From Patescibacteria group bacterium (GTDB lineage Bacteria; Patescibacteriota; Patescibacteriia; 2-12-FULL-60-25), in contig JBBTZS010000002.1 of assembly GCA_038061235.1 (NCBI GenBank), positions 4,672 through 68,671 of the forward strand: a stretch of 64,000 nucleotides of DNA, written 5' to 3'. Below the pieces are notes generated by a model. That model saw only the letters and a list, made by a program, of their open reading frames with translations. It ran no database searches and was not told the DNA's origin. Of this stretch, positions 9,017-17,600 are shown one piece after another. How positions within the stretch are numbered: the first letter of the stretch is position 1; the number at the start of each line of letters is the position of its first letter. The translations under genes were made by a program, and so were the position numbers.

Positions 9017-9091
9017 GCTCCCGTCGTCCAAAGGTTAGGACAGCAGTCCTATGAACTGCCCATCAAGGTTCGATTCCTTGCGGGAGTACCA
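9017..9091 (+). tRNA. tRNA with non-canonical anticodon loop CCUAUGA (nominal anticodon UAU, C at position 33)
   Basis: Otherwise regular 75-nt cloverleaf: GCTCCCG/CGGGAGT acceptor, D arm GTCC-AAAGGTTA-GGAC, anticodon stem GCAGT/ACTGC, T arm CAAGG-TTCGATT-CCTTG, A73, CCA. Starts 1 nt after the preceding tRNA. Confidence 0.6.
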
Positions 9092-9094
9092 AAG

Positions 9095-9116
9095 CGCCTG
9101 ATTCGTCAGGCGTTTT
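9095..9116 (+). terminator. Rho-independent terminator after the tRNA pair
   Basis: CGCCTGA-TTCG-TCAGGCG followed by TTTT. Confidence 0.75.
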
Positions 9117-9118
9117 GA

Positions 9119-9189
9119 TAATCAGGAATAAAAGAACACGGCGGCAGATTCGCTATAGCGGTGCTAACAGCCTCGACGATGTGACCCCA
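9119..9189 (+). repeat. 71-bp direct repeat, copy 1
   Basis: TAATCAGGAAT..GAACACGG(C/T)GGCAGATTCGCTATAGCGGTGCTAACAGCCTCGACGATGTGACCCCA, about 66/71 identical to 9954-10024. Followed by its own hairpin/T-run (about 9196-9223). Confidence 0.85.
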
Positions 9190-9274
9190 CGAAAATCTCC
9201 GCATAAACAGCGGGGATTTTTGTATACCCTACAGCTAGTTAGAACTCTTCAGGCATTGTTGATAGCATGTGTCC

Positions 9275-9949
9275 ATGAAACTTCAATTCCAATACGACAT
9301 ACAGAAAGACATTGAAAATTATAAAAAGGCATCCCAATCGGTGAATAATAAAAAACCAACAAAGATGCAGGCGCTATATATGGCCGAATATGGTGAGAGC
9401 TTTGAAGATCAGAAGCTGGAAGCCTTTATCACGAAATACACAGCAGGACAAAAGCTGAACCTCTCAAGTGAAACAGAGCGAATCGAAAACGCATGGCAAC
9501 CGATTGAGCGAGGGTTCTTGAAGAAGGTTGAGTCAATCTTTGGTATCCCAAGCCCGTTGGATTACGTTCGAGTTTTCCTTACTACGGATACCCGCTGCTC
9601 TTATAGCATTGAAAATGGTTACTTTTTTGTTTCTGTTTCAAGACCATTTCAAAATAAAACCATCATGCACGAACTGCTCCATTTTTGGACGTGGTGGATG
9701 TTTCATCAAGAAGTAGAGAGCGGGCGCATGACTAAGGAGTGTCATAACGACGTAAAGGAATCTCTGACGGAGCTGCTCAACATTGAGTTTCAAGACTTGT
9801 TGGACGGAGCGCGCGATGACGGCTATCCGCAACATAAGGAAATGCGAGCTATGGCGGGTAAGGTCTGGATTGAAACGAGAGATATTAAACAAACCTTTGA
9901 AGCACTCGCCAAGCTGTGCCCGATTGATAAACAAGATTCACCGCTGTAA
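9275..9949 (+). CDS. Hypothetical protein with HExxH motif (putative metallopeptidase-like)
   Basis: ORF 9269-9949 (ATG at 9275). AT-richer than surroundings. HELLH motif. No family recognised. Confidence 0.55.
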   Translation: MKLQFQYDIQKDIENYKKASQSVNNKKPTKMQALYMAEYGESFEDQKLEAFITKYTAGQKLNLSSETERIENAWQPIERGFLKKVESIFGIPSPLDYVRVFLTTDTRCSYSIENGYFFVSVSRPFQNKTIMHELLHFWTWWMFHQEVESGRMTKECHNDVKESLTELLNIEFQDLLDGARDDGYPQHKEMRAMAGKVWIETRDIKQTFEALAKLCPIDKQDSPL

Positions 9950-9953
9950 GGAG

Positions 9954-10024
9954 TAATCAGGAATGAATGAACACGGTGGCAGATTCGCTATAGCGGTGCT
10001 AACAGCCTCGACGATGTGACCCCA
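9954..10024 (+). repeat. 71-bp direct repeat, copy 2
   Basis: Starts 5 nt after the stop of 9275-9949. See copy 1. Confidence 0.85.
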
Positions 10025-10027
10025 ACC

Positions 10028-10057
10028 AAAAATCCCTCGAAAAATCGAGGGATTTTT
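10028..10057. terminator. Bidirectional hairpin terminator
   Basis: AATCCCTCG-AAAAA-CGAGGGATT flanked by an A-run and a T-run. Lies after repeat copy 2 (+) and after the pilin gene (-). Confidence 0.7.
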
Positions 10058-10090
10058 GTGCCCCGCGTTGGAGCGATTTGAAGCGCGTGC

Positions 10091-10540
10091 TTATTGCGTC
10101 ACGCTGATGGCGCCCACTCCGGCTTCACCGGTCGCCCAAACCGTAATACGGTTACTTGCATCTTTGCTGATGGAATAGCCGGTATTGTAATCCGCGGCAC
10201 TCGTAAAGTGAGCACCCGTTGCATTCGGGTCGACAGGAAGCGACGCCATTTGGCTCGGTACGAGACAGTCATAGATGTTCAAACCGGCGCTTGAGATCGT
10301 GGAGCTGGTCGCGAGAATCATCTGCCCGGGGCATGTCCATACACCCTTGTTCTCTGTGGTGTTTGACGTTACGGCTCCAACGATGGCCGAGACGTGGCTC
10401 CAACGTTCGGAGTTACGTGCGAGCTGGAATTGACGAGCCGGGTTAAGAGCGATGATCACGGCACCGGCCAAGACGGCGATCAAGGCGATGACGATCAACA
10501 ACTCGATGAGGGTAAAACCCTGTAATTTGTGCACCTTCAT
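10091..10540 (-). CDS. Type IV pilin (major pilin candidate)
   Basis: 149-aa ORF with the prepilin leader/methylation motif MKVHKLQGFTLIELLIVIALIAVLA. Confidence 0.85.
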   Translation of the reverse strand: MKVHKLQGFTLIELLIVIALIAVLAGAVIIALNPARQFQLARNSERWSHVSAIVGAVTSNTTENKGVWTCPGQMILATSSTISSAGLNIYDCLVPSQMASLPVDPNATGAHFTSAADYNTGYSISKDASNRITVWATGEAGVGAISVTQ

Positions 10541-10612
10541 AATAAAGGACTAAGAATAATAGAGCGATAAAGATTTAAATCTTATCCACAAGATATAGTA
10601 TAGCACAAAAAA

Positions 10613-11017
10613 TCAAAAACCTCCCAGTTCCGTCCACGAACTGATCGTCGGAGGCTCGATGCCGGATAGCGTGACGCGATAATTCGTGTGTTGTCCGCTT
10701 GATGTCGCCGTTGTTTCCAGCGTCCAGGTTCCGGCGTCGGCGATGATCGGTCGTATGTGGCAGTCGCCGTCCGCAACGTCGAGCGTTTCATTTCCGGCGT
10801 ACCCCGCGTTTCGACCGAGGCGATCCATGGCCTGTTCCGCGCATGCCGTTGCCGCGGCCTCCGAAAGCGTCTTGTTTTCCATCGCGACGTGTATTTGCGC
10901 CGCTCGTCCGAGCGAGAGGTTGCCGATTAAAATAAACGTCAACGTAAGCGCGCCGAGCACGAGCATCGAAATGATCATGGCCTGTCCGGAAGCGAGGTGG
11001 ATGTGCGGGGGGTTCAT
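10613..11017 (-). CDS. Pilus-associated protein (PilX-like minor component, tentative)
   Basis: 134-aa ORF with one N-terminal TM helix, inside the pilin operon. Confidence 0.5.
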   Translation of the reverse strand: MNPPHIHLASGQAMIISMLVLGALTLTFILIGNLSLGRAAQIHVAMENKTLSEAAATACAEQAMDRLGRNAGYAGNETLDVADGDCHIRPIIADAGTWTLETTATSSGQHTNYRVTLSGIEPPTISSWTELGGF

Positions 11018-11021
11018 AGGA

Positions 11022-11513
11022 TTATCGGCGCACGGCCGCGGTCGTCGTGACGGTGAACGTCGCGTATGCGGATGTCGCGTTTCGCATGCCTCCGGTCGCG
11101 ACGATGCGAATGATGGCCGACGTGCTGCTCACGCGCGTGAAAGAAAGGGTTGAAAACGAAACTTCGTTCGATGTGAGCGCCACGGTCGTTCCCGTGGTTT
11201 GGGTGAGGAACACGGTTCCGTCCGTGAGCGCGATCGTCGTCGGACTGTTGGCGACCGAAGGCATCGATAAGATGAGCGTCCCGCTCGTCGAGCCGACGGT
11301 CGGTACGCTCACGTCCGAAGCCTCGGAAACGAGCGAGGCGATTCGTCCCAGAGAAAAGCGAACGTTTTCCTCCACGATCAGCGACGCGCGCAGTTTGCCG
11401 CGGATGCTGAAGGCCGTATACGCAAGGAGCGTCATGCTCGTCATGAGCATGCCGACGAACAGCGTGTATAGCAGCGTTTCGATCAGCGTGAATCCCGGGC
11501 GATGACGTGTCAT
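11022..11513 (-). CDS. Prepilin-type pseudopilin
   Basis: 163-aa ORF with RPGFTLIETLLYTLFVGML cleavage/methylation motif. Confidence 0.8.
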   Translation of the reverse strand: MTRHRPGFTLIETLLYTLFVGMLMTSMTLLAYTAFSIRGKLRASLIVEENVRFSLGRIASLVSEASDVSVPTVGSTSGTLILSMPSVANSPTTIALTDGTVFLTQTTGTTVALTSNEVSFSTLSFTRVSSTSAIIRIVATGGMRNATSAYATFTVTTTAAVRR

Positions 11514-11519
11514 AATCGA

Positions 11520-12963
11520 TTATTGCGACGTGATGATGCGCAGCGCGTCGTTTGATCGGACGGCCGTATAAAGAATATTATCTTCAAACGCGATGTCGCT
11601 CGCCATTTGCGGGAAGTTGAGTCCGGAGTAGTAGGTCAGGGCTTGCGTGTTCGTCGCATCGAAAATTTGGAATTCCAGGTTGCTGACGGTCGTGCCCAAG
11701 AACATGAGCGTGTCGGCGGCGAATACGGCCGGAATATCATTTGAGAACTCTTTGGAACCGAGGAAGAGCGGGGCGTTTGGATTGGAGATATCGTAGATGT
11801 TGATTTCCGGCGACGTTCCGGCGACGTTTTTGCGCGTGACGTAGGCTCGTCCGTCCTGATCGTTCACGTAGAGACCGATGGCCTCGGCGCTTCCCGGAAG
11901 ATTGACGGAGGCGACGATGATCGGATTGCCCGGGATTGAGATGTCTACCACGACGAATTCTCCGGTGCTGCTCGACGTGCCGAGGAACGCCGTATTCCCG
12001 AGGATCGCGATGCGATTTACGTTTCCTCCGATGTCCAGCGCGCCTTTGATTTCCGGGATCGTCTTGTTGGTTACGTCTATCAGGAAGAGTTCGGTACCGT
12101 CGTCTTCCTCCGTCCCGACAAGAACGAGCGTATTCGTCACCGCGATGCTCAACGCCTCCTCGGTGTTTCCCGTGAGCGTAAAGTTTTTGATGTTGTCGGG
12201 CGAGCTTGTCACGCTGATATTGATGATGGAAAGTTGGTTTGAGGAATCGTTAATTTGCGACGAAAGCAAAGGTTCCGGTGGTCGCGACGGCGTTTGATCC
12301 CGGACCGATATGGATGCTCGCCGCGAGCGTGGGATGTGCGCCGTCCGTCGCGTTGATGACGAAAAAGTCGTCTTTTGCGGCACTGGCCGCGGTTCCGGTC
12401 ATAAAGACGATTTTATTTTTCACCGCGACTCCCGTCGCCGAGAGGCCGGCTCCAAGGTCAATCACTCCCAGCGTTTGCGGGTTTTTCCAGTTTCCGCTTA
12501 ATCGGGGCGGAGCCGCGTCCGGAACGGCGTTTCGCCAATCCGACATGTTGGTGGAAAGCGCGATCGTGCGCGTGCGTTGCGCGGCATCAATCCACGACAC
12601 GGTGGAAATCACTTCTCGTTCATGCGTCGCGAGATCCGAGACGGTTATTTGGCGCGTGTATCCGGCATTCGTATCCGACGCGCTTTGAAAGCTCCATACG
12701 GCATTGTTCCAAAGTAATCCGTGCGTGCCCGTTGCAAGAGATGGCCAGCTCTCGTCGCGGATCGCACGCGCGGCCTCCAAGCCTTCGCGGGCAAGCGAAA
12801 GGGCTTCCAACGAGCGTTGCGTGTTGACCGAGACGAGCAGCTGGCTTGCGATGTACACGAACACGGCCGAGGCGAAGATCGCCAACAGGCCGATCACGAT
12901 GATCACTTCAAACAGGGAGCCGCCGGGACGAACGCGCGATTGCCAACGGGAAATCAGGATCAT
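11520..12963 (-). pseudogene. Pilus-associated protein: prepilin-like N-terminus plus LVIVD-like beta-propeller repeats, split by a +1 frameshift near 12250-12256
   Basis: ORF 12250-12963 (GGSLFEVIIVIGLLAI N-terminus) stops at TAA. Repeat-type sequence continues without a usable start in the next frame (ORF 11520-12383). Junction reads ..FAFVAN-(T)-NDSSNQLSIINIS. Confidence 0.65.
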
Positions 12964-12964
12964 A

Positions 12965-13402
12965 TTATTGCATTTCGATGGCTCCGACGGCGTTGATCGT
13001 CGTCGTCGCGCGCAACGCTCCGTTTGTGATGATGATCGTCGCGGCCGCGATCGGAGCGCCGGTCGGGCGGACAAACGTCACGTCCGTGTCGCCGCTCAAC
13101 GTCACGCCGTTTCCAAACGTCGTGACGAGATCGAGCGTTTGATCTCTTGTCGCGTAACTCGTGCCGCGATATCGCGTGATCGAACCGGACGAGAACGCCA
13201 CGCCCCATGACGAATCCGATGTCCCGCCGATCGTATCGGCCCGGGCGGCGGCAAGCTCGCTCCTGACGGTTTCCCGCACTCGATCGAACTCGGCGTTTCG
13301 CAAGGCCGGCGTGCTCACCGCGGCCGCGAGTCCCGCAAAAAGCACGAGCATCCCCATGACGATGAGGAGTTCGAGGAGGGTAAAAGCGGGCCGGGTTTTC
13401 AT
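12965..13402 (-). CDS. Prepilin-type pseudopilin (GspH/FimT-like)
   Basis: 145-aa ORF with MKTRPAFTLLELLIVMGMLVLFA. Stop lies 1 nt before the next start. Confidence 0.8.
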   Translation of the reverse strand: MKTRPAFTLLELLIVMGMLVLFAGLAAAVSTPALRNAEFDRVRETVRSELAAARADTIGGTSDSSWGVAFSSGSITRYRGTSYATRDQTLDLVTTFGNGVTLSGDTDVTFVRPTGAPIAAATIIITNGALRATTTINAVGAIEMQ

Positions 13403-13405
13403 GGG

Positions 13406-14536
13406 TTACGCATGGACGCCTTCCGTAATCTGGTAGATGGGAGTGATGATGGAAAGCGCGATGAATCCGACGAGCAATCCGACGACGATAAGCGTGATCG
13501 GCTCGATGAGCGTCGATAAGTCGCGCGTCATCGTGTCTACTTCGCTCTCGGTGAATTCGGCGAGCGCGATCAAACTGTCGGAAAGCTTGCCCGTGCGTTC
13601 TCCCACCCCGACCATGCCGGCGGTCGTGCTGGAAAAGAGCGATCTGTGCCTGTGCAGTTCGTCGCCGATCGTCTCTCCGCGCTCGACGGATTGCGCGACG
13701 GCCTCGAGCTCGCTTTTATAAACCGGATTATCGGTAGATTCGGCCGTCACGTTCAACGCGACCACAATCGTCACGCCGCTTGAGAGCAAGGTTCCCAGAA
13801 TGCGTGAAAATTTGGCCGTCTGTATGTTTTGCACGAGCTTGCCCACGACGGGCAGGCGAAGGAGAAGCGAGTGAATCACAAAACGCACACGAGGTATTTT
13901 AAAAAGGAAGAACAAGCCGACGATCGCAAGCACGAGGCCGCCGAGCATCCACGGCCAGTATCCCGTGAGCCAGCCGCTGACGGCGAGCAAGGCACGCGTC
14001 GTCGGAGGAAGTCGGACGTTGAGTGTCGTAAACAGCGGCAGAATCTTCGGTAGTAAGAAAAAGGCGAGGTAAATACCGATGCCAAGCGCGCCCGTGAAGA
14101 TAATGACGGGATAGAGGAGCGCCGAACGCACCTTTCCTCGGAGGGACTCCGATTTTTCTAGCTGCGTTGCCAGATAACGGAGCGTAGACGCAAGCGTACC
14201 CGATGCTTCGCCCACGCCGAGCGCGTTCACAAAGAACGGGTTGAACAGTTTTGGAAACTTGGCGATGCTTGTGTGAAGCGGCAAGCCGTTGGCCAGATCG
14301 ATAATCGCGGTTTGCAATACGTATCGAAACGACGGGGCGACGATCTGTTCTTTCATGACGCTCAGCGCTTCATGAAGCGGGATGCCGGCGTCGAGCATAA
14401 CGGCGAGATGACGCGAGAAGTTTATTTTATCGCGCGTTTTGAGCTGCAAGAAAAGCGGTTTTTTCACCGGCTTTTCGGAAGGATTTTTCCGCGTCTTTGT
14501 CGGCGGAATATCGTTCTTGGTTTTCGATGGGGGCAT
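13406..14536 (-). CDS. pilC: Type IV pilus assembly platform protein PilC (GspF family)
   Basis: ORF 13406-14626; ATG at 14536 follows the pilB stop. Two GspF-type repeats and three TM regions. Confidence 0.85.
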   Translation of the reverse strand: MPPSKTKNDIPPTKTRKNPSEKPVKKPLFLQLKTRDKINFSRHLAVMLDAGIPLHEALSVMKEQIVAPSFRYVLQTAIIDLANGLPLHTSIAKFPKLFNPFFVNALGVGEASGTLASTLRYLATQLEKSESLRGKVRSALLYPVIIFTGALGIGIYLAFFLLPKILPLFTTLNVRLPPTTRALLAVSGWLTGYWPWMLGGLVLAIVGLFFLFKIPRVRFVIHSLLLRLPVVGKLVQNIQTAKFSRILGTLLSSGVTIVVALNVTAESTDNPVYKSELEAVAQSVERGETIGDELHRHRSLFSSTTAGMVGVGERTGKLSDSLIALAEFTESEVDTMTRDLSTLIEPITLIVVGLLVGFIALSIITPIYQITEGVHA

Positions 14537-14552
14537 AAGCGGTATGGAATCC

Positions 14553-15848
14553 TCAATCGTGAATGACGCGCAAGAGTTCGGCGATGGACGTGACTCCCGC
14601 GGCGGCTTTTTGAAAGCCGTCTTCAAGCATAGGCGTCATGCCGCCTTTGATCGCGGCCTCGCGGATTTCATCGGCGCTTGCGCGCCGCATGATGAGCTGG
14701 CGGACGGGTTCCGTGACTTCGAGCACCTCGTAGATACCGACGCGCTTCACGTAGCCCGTGTGGTTACAAATGTCGCATCCTTCCGCTTTCCAGACTTTTT
14801 TGACGGACGCGAGGAACTCGGCGTTGATAAGGCCCGTGAGCGCGTTTCGCTCTTCGTCGGTGAGCGTGTAGGACTTGCGGCAGTCCTGACATAGTTTACG
14901 GATAAGCCGCTGGCCGACGGCGATATTCACGGTCGACCCGATCAAAAACGGCTCGATCCCCATATCGAGGAGACGGGGCAATGTGGTCGCGGCGTCGTTT
15001 GTATGGATGGTCGTGAGCAAAAGGTGGCCGGTCATGGCGGCGTTTACCGCGATCGCGGCGGTTTCATTGTCGCGAATCTCGCCGACCATGATGATATTCG
15101 GATCTTGGCGGACGATAGACCGCAATCCTGCCGCAAAGGTGAGATTGGTCTGGACGTTCACGGGAATTTGCGTGATTCCGGGAACGGAGTATTCGATCGG
15201 GTCTTCAATCGTGACGACCGACACCTGGCGCGTATTCAGAACCTGAAGGATCGCATAAAGCGTCGTGGTTTTTCCGGAACCCGTCGGGCCGGTTGCGAGG
15301 ATCATGCCGTATGGTTTGCGGATGTAACGCCGAATCGTCTCCATATCTTTTTCGGAAAAACCGAGTTCTTCGAGACTGATAAGCCGGGATCCGCTGACCA
15401 AGAGACGCATCACCACGTCTTCGCCGCTATAGGTTGGGACGATGGAGACGCGAAGATCGATTTCGGTCGAGCCTACCGGAAGTCGAAACCGCCCGTCCTG
15501 CGCCATGGCGTGCTCGTCCGTTCGCAGACCCGACAGAACTTTCACGCGCGTCACGATGAGCGACTGTTCTTCTTTGGGGAGGGAGAGGACGTCGTAGGTG
15601 ATGCCGTCGATGCGATAGCGTACAATGACCGTCTCCGGCGTCGGGTCGATATGGATGTCGGACGCTTTGGCCTCCCAGGCCTTTTCAATAATAAGATTCA
15701 CAAGCTCGGTGACGGATTTGACGGAGTCGAAGTCTTCAATCTTCGGAACCAACTTCATGCCTCGCGTTCGCTGGATGCTTTCCGTGATGATGTTTTTGAG
15801 CGTTTGCTTCATCCCGGAATCTTCTTCTCTGATTTTTTTTTCACGCAT
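14553..15848 (-). CDS. pilB: Type IV pilus assembly ATPase PilB (GspE family, short form)
   Basis: 431-aa ORF: Walker A GPTGSGKTT, GspE Asp/His boxes, C-terminal CQDC..CDIC four-Cys motif. Confidence 0.9.
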   Translation of the reverse strand: MREKKIREEDSGMKQTLKNIITESIQRTRGMKLVPKIEDFDSVKSVTELVNLIIEKAWEAKASDIHIDPTPETVIVRYRIDGITYDVLSLPKEEQSLIVTRVKVLSGLRTDEHAMAQDGRFRLPVGSTEIDLRVSIVPTYSGEDVVMRLLVSGSRLISLEELGFSEKDMETIRRYIRKPYGMILATGPTGSGKTTTLYAILQVLNTRQVSVVTIEDPIEYSVPGITQIPVNVQTNLTFAAGLRSIVRQDPNIIMVGEIRDNETAAIAVNAAMTGHLLLTTIHTNDAATTLPRLLDMGIEPFLIGSTVNIAVGQRLIRKLCQDCRKSYTLTDEERNALTGLINAEFLASVKKVWKAEGCDICNHTGYVKRVGIYEVLEVTEPVRQLIMRRASADEIREAAIKGGMTPMLEDGFQKAAAGVTSIAELLRVIHD

Positions 15849-15903
15849 AGTTCGTATCGGATAATATCAGTATAACAGAAAAACATGTGAGACTTAACGC
15901 ATA

Positions 15904-15932
15904 CAAAATACGACCCGATTGGTCGTATTTTG
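15904..15932 (-). terminator. Hairpin terminator after gene 15939-16529
   Basis: AAAATACGACC-loop-GGTCGTATTTT read on the minus strand. A TATACT -10 candidate for the pilus operon follows. Confidence 0.6.
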
Positions 15933-15938
15933 TGCGCG

Positions 15939-16529
15939 TTATTTGACGGCGAGCCGAATCGGAGCAGTTTGCTCGACGGTAAGCGGCTCATTCCAGAAAC
16001 GGGCGGCATGACGCTTTACCTTGCCCACGTACCCGTTGCCCGCGTTACAGCCGTTGTGACACTGAATCGCATAATTCACGTACTTGGGGTACTGGTTGCG
16101 CTCCAGATAGGAGATCGTCCAGTTCGAGGAACACACGAGATCTTCCGCACAGGCCGTCGTGATTTTATGGAGCTTATAGTGAATTTGGAAATATCCGCGC
16201 GCGCGACCGCCGTCACCGATCACGGTCGAGCGGTTCGAGGATTCCGTCCAAAGCATGCCCAAGAGGGTTTTGGCACAATCCTCGCCGTAGCCACGTTCCT
16301 CACAAACGTCCAGCAACACTTCCTGAACCGTCCGGGGGATCTCCGGGATCGTTTCTTCCTGTTCCTGCACGTTTGATACCGCAACCATAATTGCCGAATC
16401 GGTATTCGGAGCGGTCACCGCAAGCACGGGCTGTCCCGTAACAAGCACGGTGAGTACAAGCGAACCGATGGACTTATTCATCCACGCCTGAATCGGCATG
16501 GTTGTAATTTTTGTGGAGAAGTAGTTCAT
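15939..16529 (-). CDS. Secreted lytic transglycosylase-like (SLT) protein
   Basis: 196-aa ORF with an N-terminal hydrophobic leader and an SLT-like catalytic stretch LWTESSNRSTVIGDGGRARGYFQI. Confidence 0.55.
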   Translation of the reverse strand: MNYFSTKITTMPIQAWMNKSIGSLVLTVLVTGQPVLAVTAPNTDSAIMVAVSNVQEQEETIPEIPRTVQEVLLDVCEERGYGEDCAKTLLGMLWTESSNRSTVIGDGGRARGYFQIHYKLHKITTACAEDLVCSSNWTISYLERNQYPKYVNYAIQCHNGCNAGNGYVGKVKRHAARFWNEPLTVEQTAPIRLAVK

Positions 16530-16563
16530 AAATCAAAACGACCGCGGTTGCGATCGAGGAACG

Positions 16564-16592
16564 AAGATACCATTTTTTGAGGGTTTTGTCAA
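16564..16592 (-). promoter_or_regulatory. Sigma70-type promoter for 15939-16529
   Basis: Minus strand reads TTGACA-17 nt-TATCTT, about 35 nt upstream of the ATG. Confidence 0.6.
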
Positions 16593-16757
16593 GAGTAAAA
16601 GGGTGATTTTATCGCTAGCATTAGCTAAATTGCCTTAAATAAGGCCACGCGTACTTCAGCCAAAAAAGAAGAATAAATAAATACATTTTCCAAGATCAAA
16701 TCGAGTTCTTGCCGGAAAAAAAATCCCCCGAACATCAGGGGATTTTTTTTGGAGCGA

Positions 16758-17531
16758 TTATTTCTTGGTCCAGCTCTCAAACGCGCGCAGCACCTCGAGC
16801 GGTATGGCGAAGACCACGGTGTTGGATTGGTCGCTCGAAATGTCATTGATCGAATTCAACGTGCGCAGATGCAGGGCGCCCGGCGAGCTCACGAGAATTT
16901 CTGCGGCCTTACGTAGGTTTTCAGCTGCGGCAACCTCACCTTCCGAGTTGATAATCACGGCACGACGCTCGCGCTCGGCTTCGGCCTGTTTGGCGATCGT
17001 ACGCTTCATGTCTTCCGGAAGCTGAATATCCTTTAACTCCACATTCAGGATCTCAAGTCCCCAATTAGCCGCATCCTGTTCGATAATCCCTTTGATACGG
17101 CTCGACGCCTGATCGCGCTGCGAGAGAAGCTCGTCAAGCGCGAGCTGACCCACGACGTTACGCATCGTTGTCTGCGCAAGCTGCGAAACGGCGTGCCAGA
17201 AGTTCTCGACCTCGAGTACGGCTTTGCCGGCATCCGAAACGCGATAATAGATCACGGCGTTGATGCGGCACGAGACGTTATCCTTGGTAATCGCCTCCTG
17301 ATCCGGCACATCCACGGCCTTGGTACGGATGTCGATTTTCGACATGGACTGGATCACCGGAATCACGATGCGCCAACCCGGTTCCACGAGCTTGTGAAAA
17401 CGGCCGAACATGAATTTCACGCCGCGTTGATACTGGTTTACTTGGCGAATCGTCGTAAGAAATGCGGCTATCAGAACCCAAAATAAAATAGTAAAAAGGA
17501 TGTTCATATGGACAGAGGCTAGACCGAACAC
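16758..17531 (-). CDS. SPFH/Band 7 (stomatin/slipin-like) membrane protein
   Basis: 257-aa ORF with N-terminal TM, an SPFH core (QYQRGVKFMFGRF..IDIRT..) and a C-terminal AEAERERRA coiled segment. Confidence 0.85.
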   Translation of the reverse strand: MFGLASVHMNILFTILFWVLIAAFLTTIRQVNQYQRGVKFMFGRFHKLVEPGWRIVIPVIQSMSKIDIRTKAVDVPDQEAITKDNVSCRINAVIYYRVSDAGKAVLEVENFWHAVSQLAQTTMRNVVGQLALDELLSQRDQASSRIKGIIEQDAANWGLEILNVELKDIQLPEDMKRTIAKQAEAERERRAVIINSEGEVAAAENLRKAAEILVSSPGALHLRTLNSINDISSDQSNTVVFAIPLEVLRAFESWTKK

Positions 17532-17570
17532 GAAAAAGCGTCAATGGCGGCGCCACGTGGAGACGTAGTA

Positions 17571-17597
17571 AAAAGCCGCAGCTTTGCTGCGGCTTTT
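17571..17597. terminator. Bidirectional hairpin terminator
   Basis: AAGCCGCAGC-TTT-GCTGCGGCTT flanked by A and T runs. Immediately 3' of the tRNA 3' half on the minus strand. Confidence 0.7.
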
Positions 17598-17600
17598 ACG

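Noticed and set aside
8843-9118. ORFs 8843-9031(-) and 8909-9118(+); likewise 17544-17809(+).
   Set aside because: They are translations across tRNA genes (GFEPT-type peptides are the usual tRNA T-arm artefact).
12250-13074. N-terminal 37 codons of ORF 12250-13074, and the ATG at 12383 as an independent start for ORF 11520-12383.
   Set aside because: The extension is Arg/Ser-rich and overlaps the upstream pseudopilin gene. The ATG at 12963 gives a proper prepilin-like N-terminus. The 12383 start would overlap 134 nt and yield an Arg-rich leader, so a frameshift is the simpler reading.
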